This document shows, one piece after another, positions 7,942-17,156 of a DNA stretch of 64,000 nucleotides. Both the position numbers and the translations under genes were made by a program. The notes under the pieces were generated by a model that was not told the origin of the DNA, ran no database searches, and saw nothing but the letters and a program-made list of their open reading frames with translations. Location: the IMG/VR virus record IMGVR_UViG_3300035498_000621, positions 1 to 64,000 of that record; one strand, written 5' to 3'. Numbering within the stretch: position 1 is the first letter of the stretch; each line of letters opens with the position of its first letter. This DNA is from a virus. Taxonomy: Duplodnaviria; Caudoviricetes.

Positions 7942-7993
7942 CAAATGATCTCGTAACTCAGTTGGTAGAGTATTACACTTTAAACTAATTTTT

Positions 7994-8024
7994 TTTGAAC
8001 TTTCAAAGATTTAATTTATATTTG
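7994..8024 (+). promoter_or_regulatory. Intron-internal promoter for the endonuclease
   Basis: TTTG 7994-7997, TATATTTG 8017-8024. Confidence 0.65.
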
Positions 8025-8060
8025 TATATATAAAAGTTTAACAAATAAAAATTGAAAATT

Positions 8061-8705
8061 ATGAAATGGGATGAAGAAATAGAAAATTTAAAAAAATATG
8101 TATTTGTAGATAATCTTTCTTATGAAGAAATAGGACGTATGTATGAATGTTCTGGAACTAATATTAAGAAAGTAATGTAGAGAAGAGGTATAGAATTGCC
8201 AATTCGTTCCAAAAATGCAGGAAAAGAACCTGTAAATAAAGGAACTGGTAAAAAATATTATTGTTTAAATTGTGGAAAAGATATTACTTCTACAAAAAAT
8301 ACTACTCATAAATATTGTTCAAATAAATGTTAGCAAGAATTTGAATATAAATCTTGGGTAAAAAAATATAAACAAGATAATTCTATTGCAAAATCTACAA
8401 AATGGGGTTAGATTCCGTGCCAATTACGCAAATTTATTTTTAATAAATTTGAAAATAAATGTTGTGAATGTGGATGGTCTAAAATAAATCCATATACAAA
8501 TACAATACCTCTTGAAATTGATCATATAGATGGCGATTATACTAATAATGCTGAAGAAAATCTAAGATTAATTTGTCCAAATTGTCATTCTCTTACTCCT
8601 ACTTATAGAGGCGCAAATAGAGGGCATGGTAGAAATATAACTTGGACAATTAAAGGGGATAATAAGAGTGCATCTGAGGAAACTCAGAATGTAGAAGTGT
8701 GCTAA
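8061..8705 (+). CDS. HNH homing endonuclease (214 aa) with 3 in-frame TAG codons
   Basis: N-terminal HTH-like segment, CxxC motifs, LEIDHIDGDYTNNAEENLRLICPNCH; TAG at 8178, 8331, 8409. Confidence 0.88.
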
Positions 8706-8991
8706 TTCGGTGAAACTCCTAATAGATAATGCTAAGGACAACGCCGAGCTAAATCAGATATAAATCTGTAAATGTGTAGAGACTATATACACACATCCTA
8801 AGTTAAAAAATTTATTTTAATATGGATATTACATAGTCCAGACTACAACAATTTAATATTATAAAATGTAAGATTTCTTCTTTGATTTATAGTATTAAAT
8901 TGGTTACAGTAATGTAATGTAGTAAGTTAATGTAAGAGTCCTGGGTTCAAATCCCAGCGGGATCACTAAATTAATTTAAATAATATTAGAT

Positions 8992-9267
8992 ATGGCAAAA
9001 GTTTTTACTAATAAAAAAGGTTTTAAAGTAATAAAACTTTCTATAGATGAAGCAAGATCTCTTTCTTGGGGAGTTCCAGAAGGAATGATTTGTATGCATT
9101 GCAATGAAATCATTGACGGAGATCTTTATTTTCCTTTAGTTCTAAATGATGTTTTTTGTAAAAAATGTTATGAAGAATGGGAAAATGAAGCGGAATATTT
9201 CCCTGAAGATTCTGAATATGAAATTGATTCATTAGAATATTATAGTAAACTATTAAACATTCAATAA
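8992..9267 (+). CDS. Hypothetical zinc-binding protein
   Basis: CMHC...CKKC motifs, 91 aa. Confidence 0.75.
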   Translation: MAKVFTNKKGFKVIKLSIDEARSLSWGVPEGMICMHCNEIIDGDLYFPLVLNDVFCKKCYEEWENEAEYFPEDSEYEIDSLEYYSKLLNIQ

Positions 9268-9285
9268 ACTTTTTAAATTCATAAC

Positions 9286-9517
9286 CCCTAGAGAATAGGT
9301 ACCAATGATCTAAGCTGTATAGGTTTTGCGCAAATGGCCTTATACATCTGGTCAAGAGTTGACATAAGCAATACTAGTTCAATGAAACAACTCTTCATAT
9401 GCTTTATCCTGAATATATAGGGAGAGATGGATTGAGAATTTAAAAAGTTGGTTAGTACGAGCGTGGGCGCACTTAGTGAATTAAGTGAATGAAAGGTTCG
9501 AATCCTTTCCGTACTCC
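9286..9517 (+). ncRNA. Structured RNA ending in a tRNA-like acceptor/T-arm module
   Basis: Pseudoknot AAGAGTTG/CAACTCTT + AAGCA/TGCTT; AGTACG/CGTACT stacked on GAAAGG-TTCGAAT-CCTTTC. Confidence 0.55.
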
Positions 9518-9577
9518 TAATGATAATTCTCCAATTAAGATACACAAAAATTTATAACTTAAAAAAACTTTATTTTA

Positions 9578-10615
9578 ATGAAGAATCTTAAAACACTTTT
9601 TATGACACTTGTGATTGCATTTGTATCAATCACTTCAATTAATGCACAAACTGCAATTCAAGAATCAAAAGTATTTGACAATACTTATATTGGCGCAGAA
9701 GTTGGCGCTTCTACTCCTCTTACTTTTAATTCTGTATTTCCTCTAAATGCACAAGCAGGAATTAAAGTTGGTAAGAATTTTACTCCTGTGTTTGGAATGA
9801 ATGTAGAAGGAACAGCATTGTTTGGTTCTGCTGCTGATAATCAATCTAGATTTTCATATCATAATGTAGTAAGAGCTACTAATGTAGGATTGAATGCAAC
9901 AGTTGATATGTTTAATCTATGTTTAGGATATAATCCTAATCGAGTATTTACTTTGATTCCTGAAGTTGGTATTGGTTGGTTGCATGAATTTAATAATGGA
10001 CAAGATTTTGATAATCTTTCTGCTAAAACTGGTATTCAAGCTGCATTTAATGTAAAACAAACTTGGCAATTGTATATTGAACCTGTTGTACTTTGGAATT
10101 TGACTGCAAATAATGCAGTTCAATTTAATAAAAATCATGCACAACTTGGTATTCAAGCAGGTTTTATTTACAAATTTAAAACATCTAATGGCACTCATAA
10201 TTTTGTAACATATAATATTGGTGTTATGAATGATGAAATTAGTAATTTGCGTGCTCAACTAGCTCAAAAACCTACAGAAATAGTTAAAGAAGTTCCTGTA
10301 GTTATGGAAACTACTAAAGAAGTAACTAAGACAATTGTTCTTGAAAATGCAACTATTTTCTTTGCACAAAATTCTTATGAACTTTCTAGTCGAGCTAAAG
10401 AAGCATTGAATAATATTTCTACAGAAGCTCCAGTAGCAGTATATGGTTATGCTTCTCCAGAAGGAACTTCAGAATATAATCTTTCTCTATCTAAGAAAAG
10501 AGCTGATGTTGTAGCTCAATATCTTAAAAATCGAGGAGTAAATGTTTCTGAAGTAAATGGATATGGTGTAGATGGAATTGAATCTAATCGTGTTGTACTC
10601 GTAATTGTAAAGTAA
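9578..10615 (+). CDS. ompA: OmpA family outer-membrane protein
   Basis: Signal peptide, beta-barrel-like region, C-terminal IFFAQNS...GYASPEG..YNLSLSKKRA..NRVV peptidoglycan-binding domain. Confidence 0.9.
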   Translation: MKNLKTLFMTLVIAFVSITSINAQTAIQESKVFDNTYIGAEVGASTPLTFNSVFPLNAQAGIKVGKNFTPVFGMNVEGTALFGSAADNQSRFSYHNVVRATNVGLNATVDMFNLCLGYNPNRVFTLIPEVGIGWLHEFNNGQDFDNLSAKTGIQAAFNVKQTWQLYIEPVVLWNLTANNAVQFNKNHAQLGIQAGFIYKFKTSNGTHNFVTYNIGVMNDEISNLRAQLAQKPTEIVKEVPVVMETTKEVTKTIVLENATIFFAQNSYELSSRAKEALNNISTEAPVAVYGYASPEGTSEYNLSLSKKRADVVAQYLKNRGVNVSEVNGYGVDGIESNRVVLVIVK

Positions 10616-10760
10616 ATATACTATTGACTAACCCTGTAGTCCTTTTAATATTTTTGCAACAGTCGGTGAAAGGCCGAATAAAGGGTAAAAATATAATTTT
10701 ATCTTATCAACCATGTGTTGAAAAAGTTACGGAGGCGACATTTAATGTTGTCTCTTGTTT

Positions 10761-10834
10761 AGGGTAGTAGTTCAGTTGGTTAGAATACGTGTTTTGGGAA
10801 CATGAGGTCGCTGGTTCGAGTCCAGTTTACCCTA
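10761..10834 (+). tRNA. tRNA-Pro(TGG)
   Basis: Cloverleaf, CGTGT-TTTGGGA-ACATG. Confidence 0.92.
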
Positions 10835-10864
10835 CTATATAACAATTTACTATCATAACTTTAC

Positions 10865-10898
10865 ACTCCTCAGCGGTCGGGAGTATAAACTCGGCCTG
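10865..10898 (+). ncRNA. Compact H-type pseudoknot
   Basis: S1 ACTCC/GGAGT, S2 GGTCG/CGGCC, ATAAAC linker. Confidence 0.45.
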
Positions 10899-10995
10899 TC
10901 GCGTTGACTTACGAACAGTCATGTTTATCTAATGATAGACATTATAAAAGAATATAAACAATCATTCTATCCTATAAGGTCTTGGATTGTTATTT

Positions 10996-11066
10996 AGGAA
11001 TATAGTTCAACGGTAGAGCAAAGATTTTATAAATCTAAAATATAGGTTCGAATCCTATTATTCCTA
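10996..11066 (+). tRNA. tRNA-Ile(TAT)
   Basis: Acceptor AGGAATA/TATTCCT, anticodon arm AAGAT-TTTATAA-ATCTA, canonical T arm. Confidence 0.75.
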
Positions 11067-11120
11067 CAAACATCGGAATCTAAAAGATATAGTAGTTATT
11101 AACTAATAATTTAAAATATT

Positions 11121-11225
11121 ATGATTAAATTAATTAAAAAAGCTACACGATGGTATTTTAAAAAAGCTTCTGAAAATTACGCTTTAGTACCATCTGGGAT
11201 GCTACCTTGTAATCCCAATCTTTAA
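11121..11225 (+). CDS. Micro-ORF (34 aa)
   Basis: MIKLIKKATRWYFKKASENYALVPSGMLPCNPNL with AT-rich leader. Confidence 0.5.
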   Translation: MIKLIKKATRWYFKKASENYALVPSGMLPCNPNL

Positions 11226-11323
11226 TATATAGAATAATTCTATATAATTGAGTGTTTCAATTGGGAAACACTCAGCGGTTAACGATGAATTATAAATGAA
11301 ATTTAATTTAAATAATAAGACAT

Positions 11324-13054
11324 ATGTTTGATACAAAACAATCATCTTTGATTGCAACAACTACAAGTTTCAATCAATTTATTAAAGAAGGTCTTAAAGC
11401 ATCTTCTGAAATTCTTTCTGAAAATGGTGCATTGAAATATAGCACTTCTGGAAATGAATTTGTTGACAATTTCGCAGCTATTGCTAGATTTAAAGAACCT
11501 CGTTCTTTTGCAGAAATTTCTACAGACATGGAAAAACTTTGGAGTATTGATCCAAAGAATACTGTAAAATTGGCTATTTATATTCGAATGATTACTCGAA
11601 AAAGTCAAATTACAGTTGGAAAATTTGAAGTTAAATCTACTCAAGAAGTTCAAAGAGGACAAGGTCTTAAACATGAAGGTATTATGCGAATGATGTGGCT
11701 TGCAATATATCATCCACTTACATTTAAAGCAAATATTCCTTTGTTTATTGCAGCAGGTTCATGGAAAGATATTATTATAATGATGAATCTTGATTTGCAA
11801 TATAATGGCTGGAAAGATAAAAAACTTGATTGGAAGTTTTTAGAAACTGTTCTTAAAGCTGGTCTTATTAATCCTAATACCGAAGAACTTGTTAAGAAAT
11901 ATCTTCCGACAATTCGTACATCTTCAAAATGTATTACTCTTGAATCTCAAGCAGATACATTAATTGGAAGATGGTTTGCTAAAAAACTTAATCCTGATTT
12001 GGAAAAAGCTTCTGCATATAAACAATATAGACTTATTAAGTCTAATGGAAAAGCGCATCAATGGCAACAGCTTATTTCTAAACAACTTTATAATCAAATA
12101 GATTTTAATAAAGTTGCAGGTCGTGCTCTTATGCTTCTTGTGGGAAGTAAGTTTCTTGAAAACCATAATCTTATAGAAAAATATACTGAATGGATTAAAT
12201 CTAAACCTGTTGCAAAATATACAGGTTTTGTATTTGAACTATTTGAACCATTTGGTTTAAATTATCATATAAAGTCAATTCCTGAATATCAAAAAATAAC
12301 TATTGAAGCTCAGTTTAATCAGCTTGTACAAACTGGTAAAACTAATACAACTTCTAAATTACTTGTTGTAAGAGATATTTCTGGATCTATGACTTGCCAA
12401 GCAAATGGATGTAAAATGTCTGCTTATTCAATTGCTAAGGCAATGGCATTGTATTTCTCAAAATTGCTTGATGGTCCTTTTAAAGATGCCTATGCTGTAT
12501 TTTCAGATGAATGTGAACTGAAAACATGGAAAGGTGAAACTATTTATGATCAATGGAAAAATGACACTAATTCTGATTATGGAAGTACTAATTTCTTAAG
12601 TATTGCTGATTTACTTATTAATATTAAAAAGAAAGGAGTATCTGAATCAGAATTTCCTAATGGAGTTCTTGCATTATCTGATGGAGAATTTAATAATTCT
12701 TATGATTATACTCGAGACGTTAATGTTTCTAATTTTAAACTTTTCCGTTTAAAACTTCGTGAAGCAGGATTTAGTAATGAGTATGTAGATAATTTTAAAC
12801 TTATTTTATGGGATATTCCAAATTCATATTATGGAAAAACTCAAATTAAGTTTGAAGATTTTGCAGACGCCCCAAATAGTTTTTATATTTCAGGTTATGA
12901 TCCTAGTGCAATTAGTTTTATTTTAGGTAATGAAGAATTTAAAGCTTCTCCTAAAAATAATATCGAATTATTTGAAGCAGCTATGGATCAAGAGTTACTA
13001 AATTTAGTAACTATAGTTAAAGAGAAAAAGTATAATAAAAAGATTAAAAAATGA
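11324..13054 (+). CDS. DUF2828-like / Ro60(TROVE)-like protein with C-terminal vWA domain
   Basis: N-terminal ENGALKYSTSGN, helical middle with GSWKD, MIDAS RDISGSM, GSTNF, LSDGEF, LILWDI, ISGYDP. Confidence 0.8.
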   Translation: MFDTKQSSLIATTTSFNQFIKEGLKASSEILSENGALKYSTSGNEFVDNFAAIARFKEPRSFAEISTDMEKLWSIDPKNTVKLAIYIRMITRKSQITVGKFEVKSTQEVQRGQGLKHEGIMRMMWLAIYHPLTFKANIPLFIAAGSWKDIIIMMNLDLQYNGWKDKKLDWKFLETVLKAGLINPNTEELVKKYLPTIRTSSKCITLESQADTLIGRWFAKKLNPDLEKASAYKQYRLIKSNGKAHQWQQLISKQLYNQIDFNKVAGRALMLLVGSKFLENHNLIEKYTEWIKSKPVAKYTGFVFELFEPFGLNYHIKSIPEYQKITIEAQFNQLVQTGKTNTTSKLLVVRDISGSMTCQANGCKMSAYSIAKAMALYFSKLLDGPFKDAYAVFSDECELKTWKGETIYDQWKNDTNSDYGSTNFLSIADLLINIKKKGVSESEFPNGVLALSDGEFNNSYDYTRDVNVSNFKLFRLKLREAGFSNEYVDNFKLILWDIPNSYYGKTQIKFEDFADAPNSFYISGYDPSAISFILGNEEFKASPKNNIELFEAAMDQELLNLVTIVKEKKYNKKIKK

Positions 13055-13242
13055 AAAGAGGTATAATATTTTGGACAATTGTTATTGTATCAATTTGTTT
13101 TATTATTTCAATTGGTACATTTTGTCCTTCTATATATTATTTTGTAATTGGATTTGGAGTATTTCATATAGTAAATACTTATTATCCATTAGACCTTGAT
13201 AGGAGTAATGGTTCAAGCTGGGAGAGCAGTGATCGGAAATGA
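13051..13242 (+). CDS. Small membrane protein
   Basis: Two hydrophobic segments; ATGA overlap. Confidence 0.6.
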   Translation: MKRGIIFWTIVIVSICFIISIGTFCPSIYYFVIGFGVFHIVNTYYPLDLDRSNGSSWESSDRK

Positions 13243-13443
13243 CCGATAAACACCCAAAGGTAACAATGGGAAACCTCAAAGGTACACACTAAAGATAACA
13301 TTTTATGTCGACTCTCTAATGGTGTGTGAAGTACATATATTTAGGTCCCATGTGGATAATAAAAAGTCCTAGTATATTGTTAGCAAGATACCTGAAAGAA
13401 CCATAAGGTCTGGTTAGTTACTTACCAATAAAAGTAACATTTT

Positions 13444-13527
13444 GCCTTTGTCGCATAGTGGTCGATTGCACTGGATTTGTAATCCAGATCTGAAAAGACA
13501 TCGTGAGTTCGAATCTCACCAAAGGCT
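13444..13527 (+). tRNA. tRNA-Thr(TGT) with long variable arm
   Basis: GCCTTTG/CAAAGGC acceptor, CTGGA-TTTGTAA-TCCAG, 15-nt variable region. Confidence 0.85.
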
Positions 13528-13530
13528 CAA

Positions 13531-13676
13531 TAGCTGTTGACGAACAGATCGAAGATTAGGAGCGCCGAGAAGAATAATAACTCATATGCAGTTGTAGGCG
13601 TACCCGTCCTACTGGAAGACATTATGTCGTAACGTATGCCAGCGCATGTGATACCGTGTGGGTGAATCAACGGTAT
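13531..13676 (+). ncRNA. Structured RNA downstream of tRNA-Thr
   Basis: TAGGA/TCCTA, CGCC/GGCG, ATACCGT/ACGGTAT, possible ACCC/GGGT pseudoknot. Confidence 0.4.
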
Positions 13677-13696
13677 ATTTTTTATTTAAATATATT

Positions 13697-14659
13697 ATGA
13701 AAAAATTTAATCTTTTATTAAATGAATCATTATTTCAAGATGAAGATACTTTAAGAGAATTTGATTTAAGATGGAATGAACCTCAAAAACAAAAAATTAA
13801 CGGAGGTGTATTTAATTCTAAAGGAAAATATTATCTTGATTGGGATAGACCTCGTGGTTATTCTAGATTTAAAGAGAGAGATAATAAAATACATGGAATT
13901 CTTGAAAAAGGAATTGGAAAGAAATTTAACGATATATATTCAAAATTATGTAAATCAGAAATAATAAATAAACGTGTATGGCGAAGAAGCGTTCGTGAAA
14001 AATTTTTATCTAATTTTAATGATACATATTGTAATTATTATATAGATAATGAAGGATTAATACAACATAAAAATAATTATAAAAAACCTAGAATTCATCA
14101 AGACATTAAAATACCATATGAAAAACCATATATTGTTTATCAAATAAATCATAAAAATTTAGAATCTATTGCTAATACATTTATATTAGAATTTGGTGAA
14201 AATATATATTATCATTTGTTATTTGTAAATGAAATTAAAGAATCAGAATATAATAAATATATTAATAATTGGGATTATGAAGCTTGTAAAAGAGTAATGG
14301 AAGCAACTAGGAGATCACGTGAGTGGAAACCTAAGTTTTATACTTTAGAAAGAATTGAAAATCTTTTTCATTTTATTTTTGATAAAATGTATCAATATTA
14401 TAAAAAGATAATAAAGTATGGAACAAAAGAATATATTGCATATAAAAGGATTCAAAAACGTAACAAAAGAAATAAAAATTATTTAACTAATGAAGAAAGG
14501 GCATATTATGACGCAGTGATGCGTTGGTATAAAAAATTTGGAAATTATAGCCCTGTAAATTTTATAAATAAATATAATTATGTATTTAATTCAAAGGAAT
14601 TGCCTTTGAGTCCTAATAAACGGAGAGAGTTAAAGGGAAAGAAAAGATGGAATTCGTGA
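13697..14659 (+). CDS. Basic hypothetical protein
   Basis: Track ORF 13658-14659; the ATG at 13697 is more likely because the GTG lies in a hairpin. Confidence 0.7.
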   Translation: MKKFNLLLNESLFQDEDTLREFDLRWNEPQKQKINGGVFNSKGKYYLDWDRPRGYSRFKERDNKIHGILEKGIGKKFNDIYSKLCKSEIINKRVWRRSVREKFLSNFNDTYCNYYIDNEGLIQHKNNYKKPRIHQDIKIPYEKPYIVYQINHKNLESIANTFILEFGENIYYHLLFVNEIKESEYNKYINNWDYEACKRVMEATRRSREWKPKFYTLERIENLFHFIFDKMYQYYKKIIKYGTKEYIAYKRIQKRNKRNKNYLTNEERAYYDAVMRWYKKFGNYSPVNFINKYNYVFNSKELPLSPNKRRELKGKKRWNS

Positions 14660-14682
14660 GAACCCATCTTTTTATTTTTTTT
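14642..14682 (+). terminator. Intrinsic terminator
   Basis: AAAAGATGG...CCATCTTTT plus long T tract. Confidence 0.65.
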
Positions 14683-14704
14683 TAATCAATTTATTATTAA
14701 TAAT

Positions 14705-14866
14705 ATGAAAATTTCTACAAGATTATTTATTCTAATTTTATTAATTATTTCAATTATAACAGGATACATTGCTACTACTATAAATTCTGTAACACTTAGT
14801 GCTATTTCAATACTAACTTGTGTATATATGATTGGATATAGTATAGGTAGTGAATCTAAATGGTAA
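14705..14866 (+). CDS. Small two-TM membrane protein (53 aa)
   Basis: Manual translation MKISTRLFILILLIISIITGYIATT... Confidence 0.55.
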   Translation: MKISTRLFILILLIISIITGYIATTINSVTLSAISILTCVYMIGYSIGSESKW

Positions 14867-14887
14867 ATTAAATTAAATTTTAATTTT

Positions 14888-14918
14888 TTTGTAATATCAT
14901 TAAAAATACTTATATTTA
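14888..14918 (+). promoter_or_regulatory. Promoter for recoded 738-aa gene
   Basis: TTTG 14888-14891, TATATTTA 14911-14918. Confidence 0.5.
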
Positions 14919-14939
14919 TTAATCAAAAAAAAAATAAAT

Positions 14940-17156
14940 ATGGAAGAAAACGAAAATATAGAACAACTTGATTCATAGAATTTTATAGGATCATCACAAT
15001 CTAATCCAATACAATTACAAGAAATTGTAAGTTATGGAAAATAGCCAAATTGGTTTAAAAGAAATATTTTAATACCAGTTAATAGATTTATAAATAATGA
15101 AGTTCTTCTTAATAAGAATAATATAAGAGTTAAAAATGCATAGAAAGATCCAGAAGTAATGGATGCAATTGAAGAAGGTGGTAATATTGCAGGTGGTGTA
15201 ATTGCTGCACCAGTTGCTGCAATTGCTGCTACAGAAACTGCACCTATTTGGATGCCAGCATTAAATGTAGCAGGTAAATTTTTTACACCATCTACTTGGA
15301 TTGGTGGAATTAGTAATGCATTTGGTGTTTAGGCTCCTACTTTATTACTTAATGGAGCTGATTTAGGGGCAACTGCATATTTTGCAAATGAAGCTAGAAA
15401 AGATATAAATGAAAATGGATTAAATTGGAAAACAGGAACAAATGCTTTATTATCTTTAGCACCATTTACTAGAGATGAATCAGCTATTAAAGCAGTTGGA
15501 ACTAGTTTAAGAAATCCAGTTTTATCTCTTAGTTCTATTGCTGATGATTTTAGAACAGCAAGAAATGCAATGAGTTCTCCAACAACTAATTTATTTAGAG
15601 AATTTAATAATGCTGTAAAAAATACTAAATTTACAACTATTCCAATAGAACATGTATCTACAAATGGAATAACTGAAGGAGCTGGACTTAATGCACACAG
15701 TAATAATGATGTAGGTTTTCATTTTTCTCCAGAAGGTTCTTCTACTACATATAATATTCAAACAGCAACAAATGCTCCATTTGTAAGAACTGGAACATGG
15801 ACATATTCAAATAATACTACACCAGTATTTGTAATAGATAAAGGTAATTGGCGATTTGCATTTAATCCAGAAATATATCAAGGAGTAAATCCTGGAAAAA
15901 CAATAGCAGAAAATACTTTAGCATTAAATCAAAAAGGTTCAAATTATACTTATATAAATAATTATGAAGGGAATGGTGCTTAGTCATTTATGACAACTGA
16001 ACCTAATCCTAGTGTTTAGTTAAGTAAAAATATTAATAAAGATATTGATTGGATAAATACACCATATATAAAAAATACAGATGGCAATTTTGTATTAGCA
16101 GATGGTACTGTAATTAAAAGTCCAAATACTGAAACTACTCCATATCGTATTTTACATGATTATTTTTAGGAATATGAACCACTTCCTACAGTTTATCTTG
16201 TAAATAATAATTTTACATCTGAACTTACACATAATTTTATATAGAATGGTAAAGTATTCAAAATAGGTTATGATCCCGCTAAAAATACATATTTTACAGA
16301 AGTTAATGGTAATCGTAAGTATTTTACACAACAAAAAGATGCAATTAATAATTTATTAAATGAACGATATAATTTTATTGAATCTTTTCCAGATAATGAT
16401 ATAAAAGAAATTTCAAGAAATTCTTCAATTGCAAATATAATGGATTCATATAATAGTTCTGATAATTACATTGCTAATAAACAAATTGCTAATATTATAA
16501 AATCTCATACTAAATAGGATATTGAAAATATATATTTATCAGATGAATATATTGATAGATATATGAATTCTTTAGGATTGAATCTTGAAAATCAAGAATT
16601 TCGAGAACAACTTAAAACTAGAATTATTGAAGACATTAATAAAACTTATGATAAAGCAACTCCTATAATGTATAGAGATATACCACAAAATAATCTTGGT
16701 AAATCATTTAGTAGAAAAGATAAATCAGGATATAAATATGGTATAAATACATAGTATTTAGAACGTTGTATAGATTCTTGGGATTCTACACTTTTTCATG
16801 AATTTGGACATAATTTATGGTAGGATAATACACCATATTCGGAATATATTCGTAATTATAATACTGATATACTTAATAAAAATTTAAAAAGAGAAGTATT
16901 AAAAAGAACTAAATTCAATTCAAACGAAACACAATATCTTAATTATTTATCTAAGCCTAGTGAATTTAGACAACGAATAATGGAAGGAGTTAGATATGGT
17001 ATTAAAGAAGGATTAACTCCAGAAGAAATATATAATGAATGTAATATTGAAGGTTTTTAGGCTCTTAAAGATTATTTTAAAAAAGATTTTCTTGTTAAAA
17101 TGTTAGGAACAATGTTAGGAACTACTCCAATAATTGTAAATGATAAAAAAGAATGA
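14940..17156 (+). CDS. 738-aa protein with 12 in-frame TAG codons and a C-terminal HExxH zincin-like domain
   Basis: Single frame ATG14940 to TGA17156 broken only by TAG; HEFGH at 16797-16811, downstream YLSKPSEFRQR; includes track ORFs 15570 and 16563. Confidence 0.87.

Larger units (their letters stand above)
7981..8926 (+). mobile_element. Group I self-splicing intron with homing endonuclease in loop L1
   Basis: IGS GAGTG 8666-8670 pairs with exon CACTT (U:G at splice site); P4 TTCGGTG/CGCCGAG; P7 GACTA(8781-8785)/TAGTC(8834-8838); P3 GTGTG/CACAC; P9.0 ACTAC/GTAGT; terminal G8926. Confidence 0.88.
7947..8965 (+). tRNA. tRNA-Lys(TTT) interrupted by a group I intron (exons 7947-7980 and 8927-8965)
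   Basis: Joined exons give GATCTCG/CGGGATC acceptor, TTACA-CTTTTAA-TGTAA anticodon arm and CTGGG-TTCAAAT-CCCAG T arm. Confidence 0.9.

Noticed and set aside
9421-9517. Canonical tRNA-Ser or tmRNA
   Set aside because: GGAGAGA start does not pair fully with the 3' end; no anticodon arm or tag peptide found; kept only as tRNA-like
9110-9545. Minus-strand ORFs 9110-9355 and 9288-9545
   Set aside because: Antisense to a real gene and a structured RNA; no protein-like features
6253-17156. Calling the TAG-interrupted frames pseudogenes
   Set aside because: All 20 interruptions are TAG, with no TAA/TGA or frameshifts, and motifs are intact
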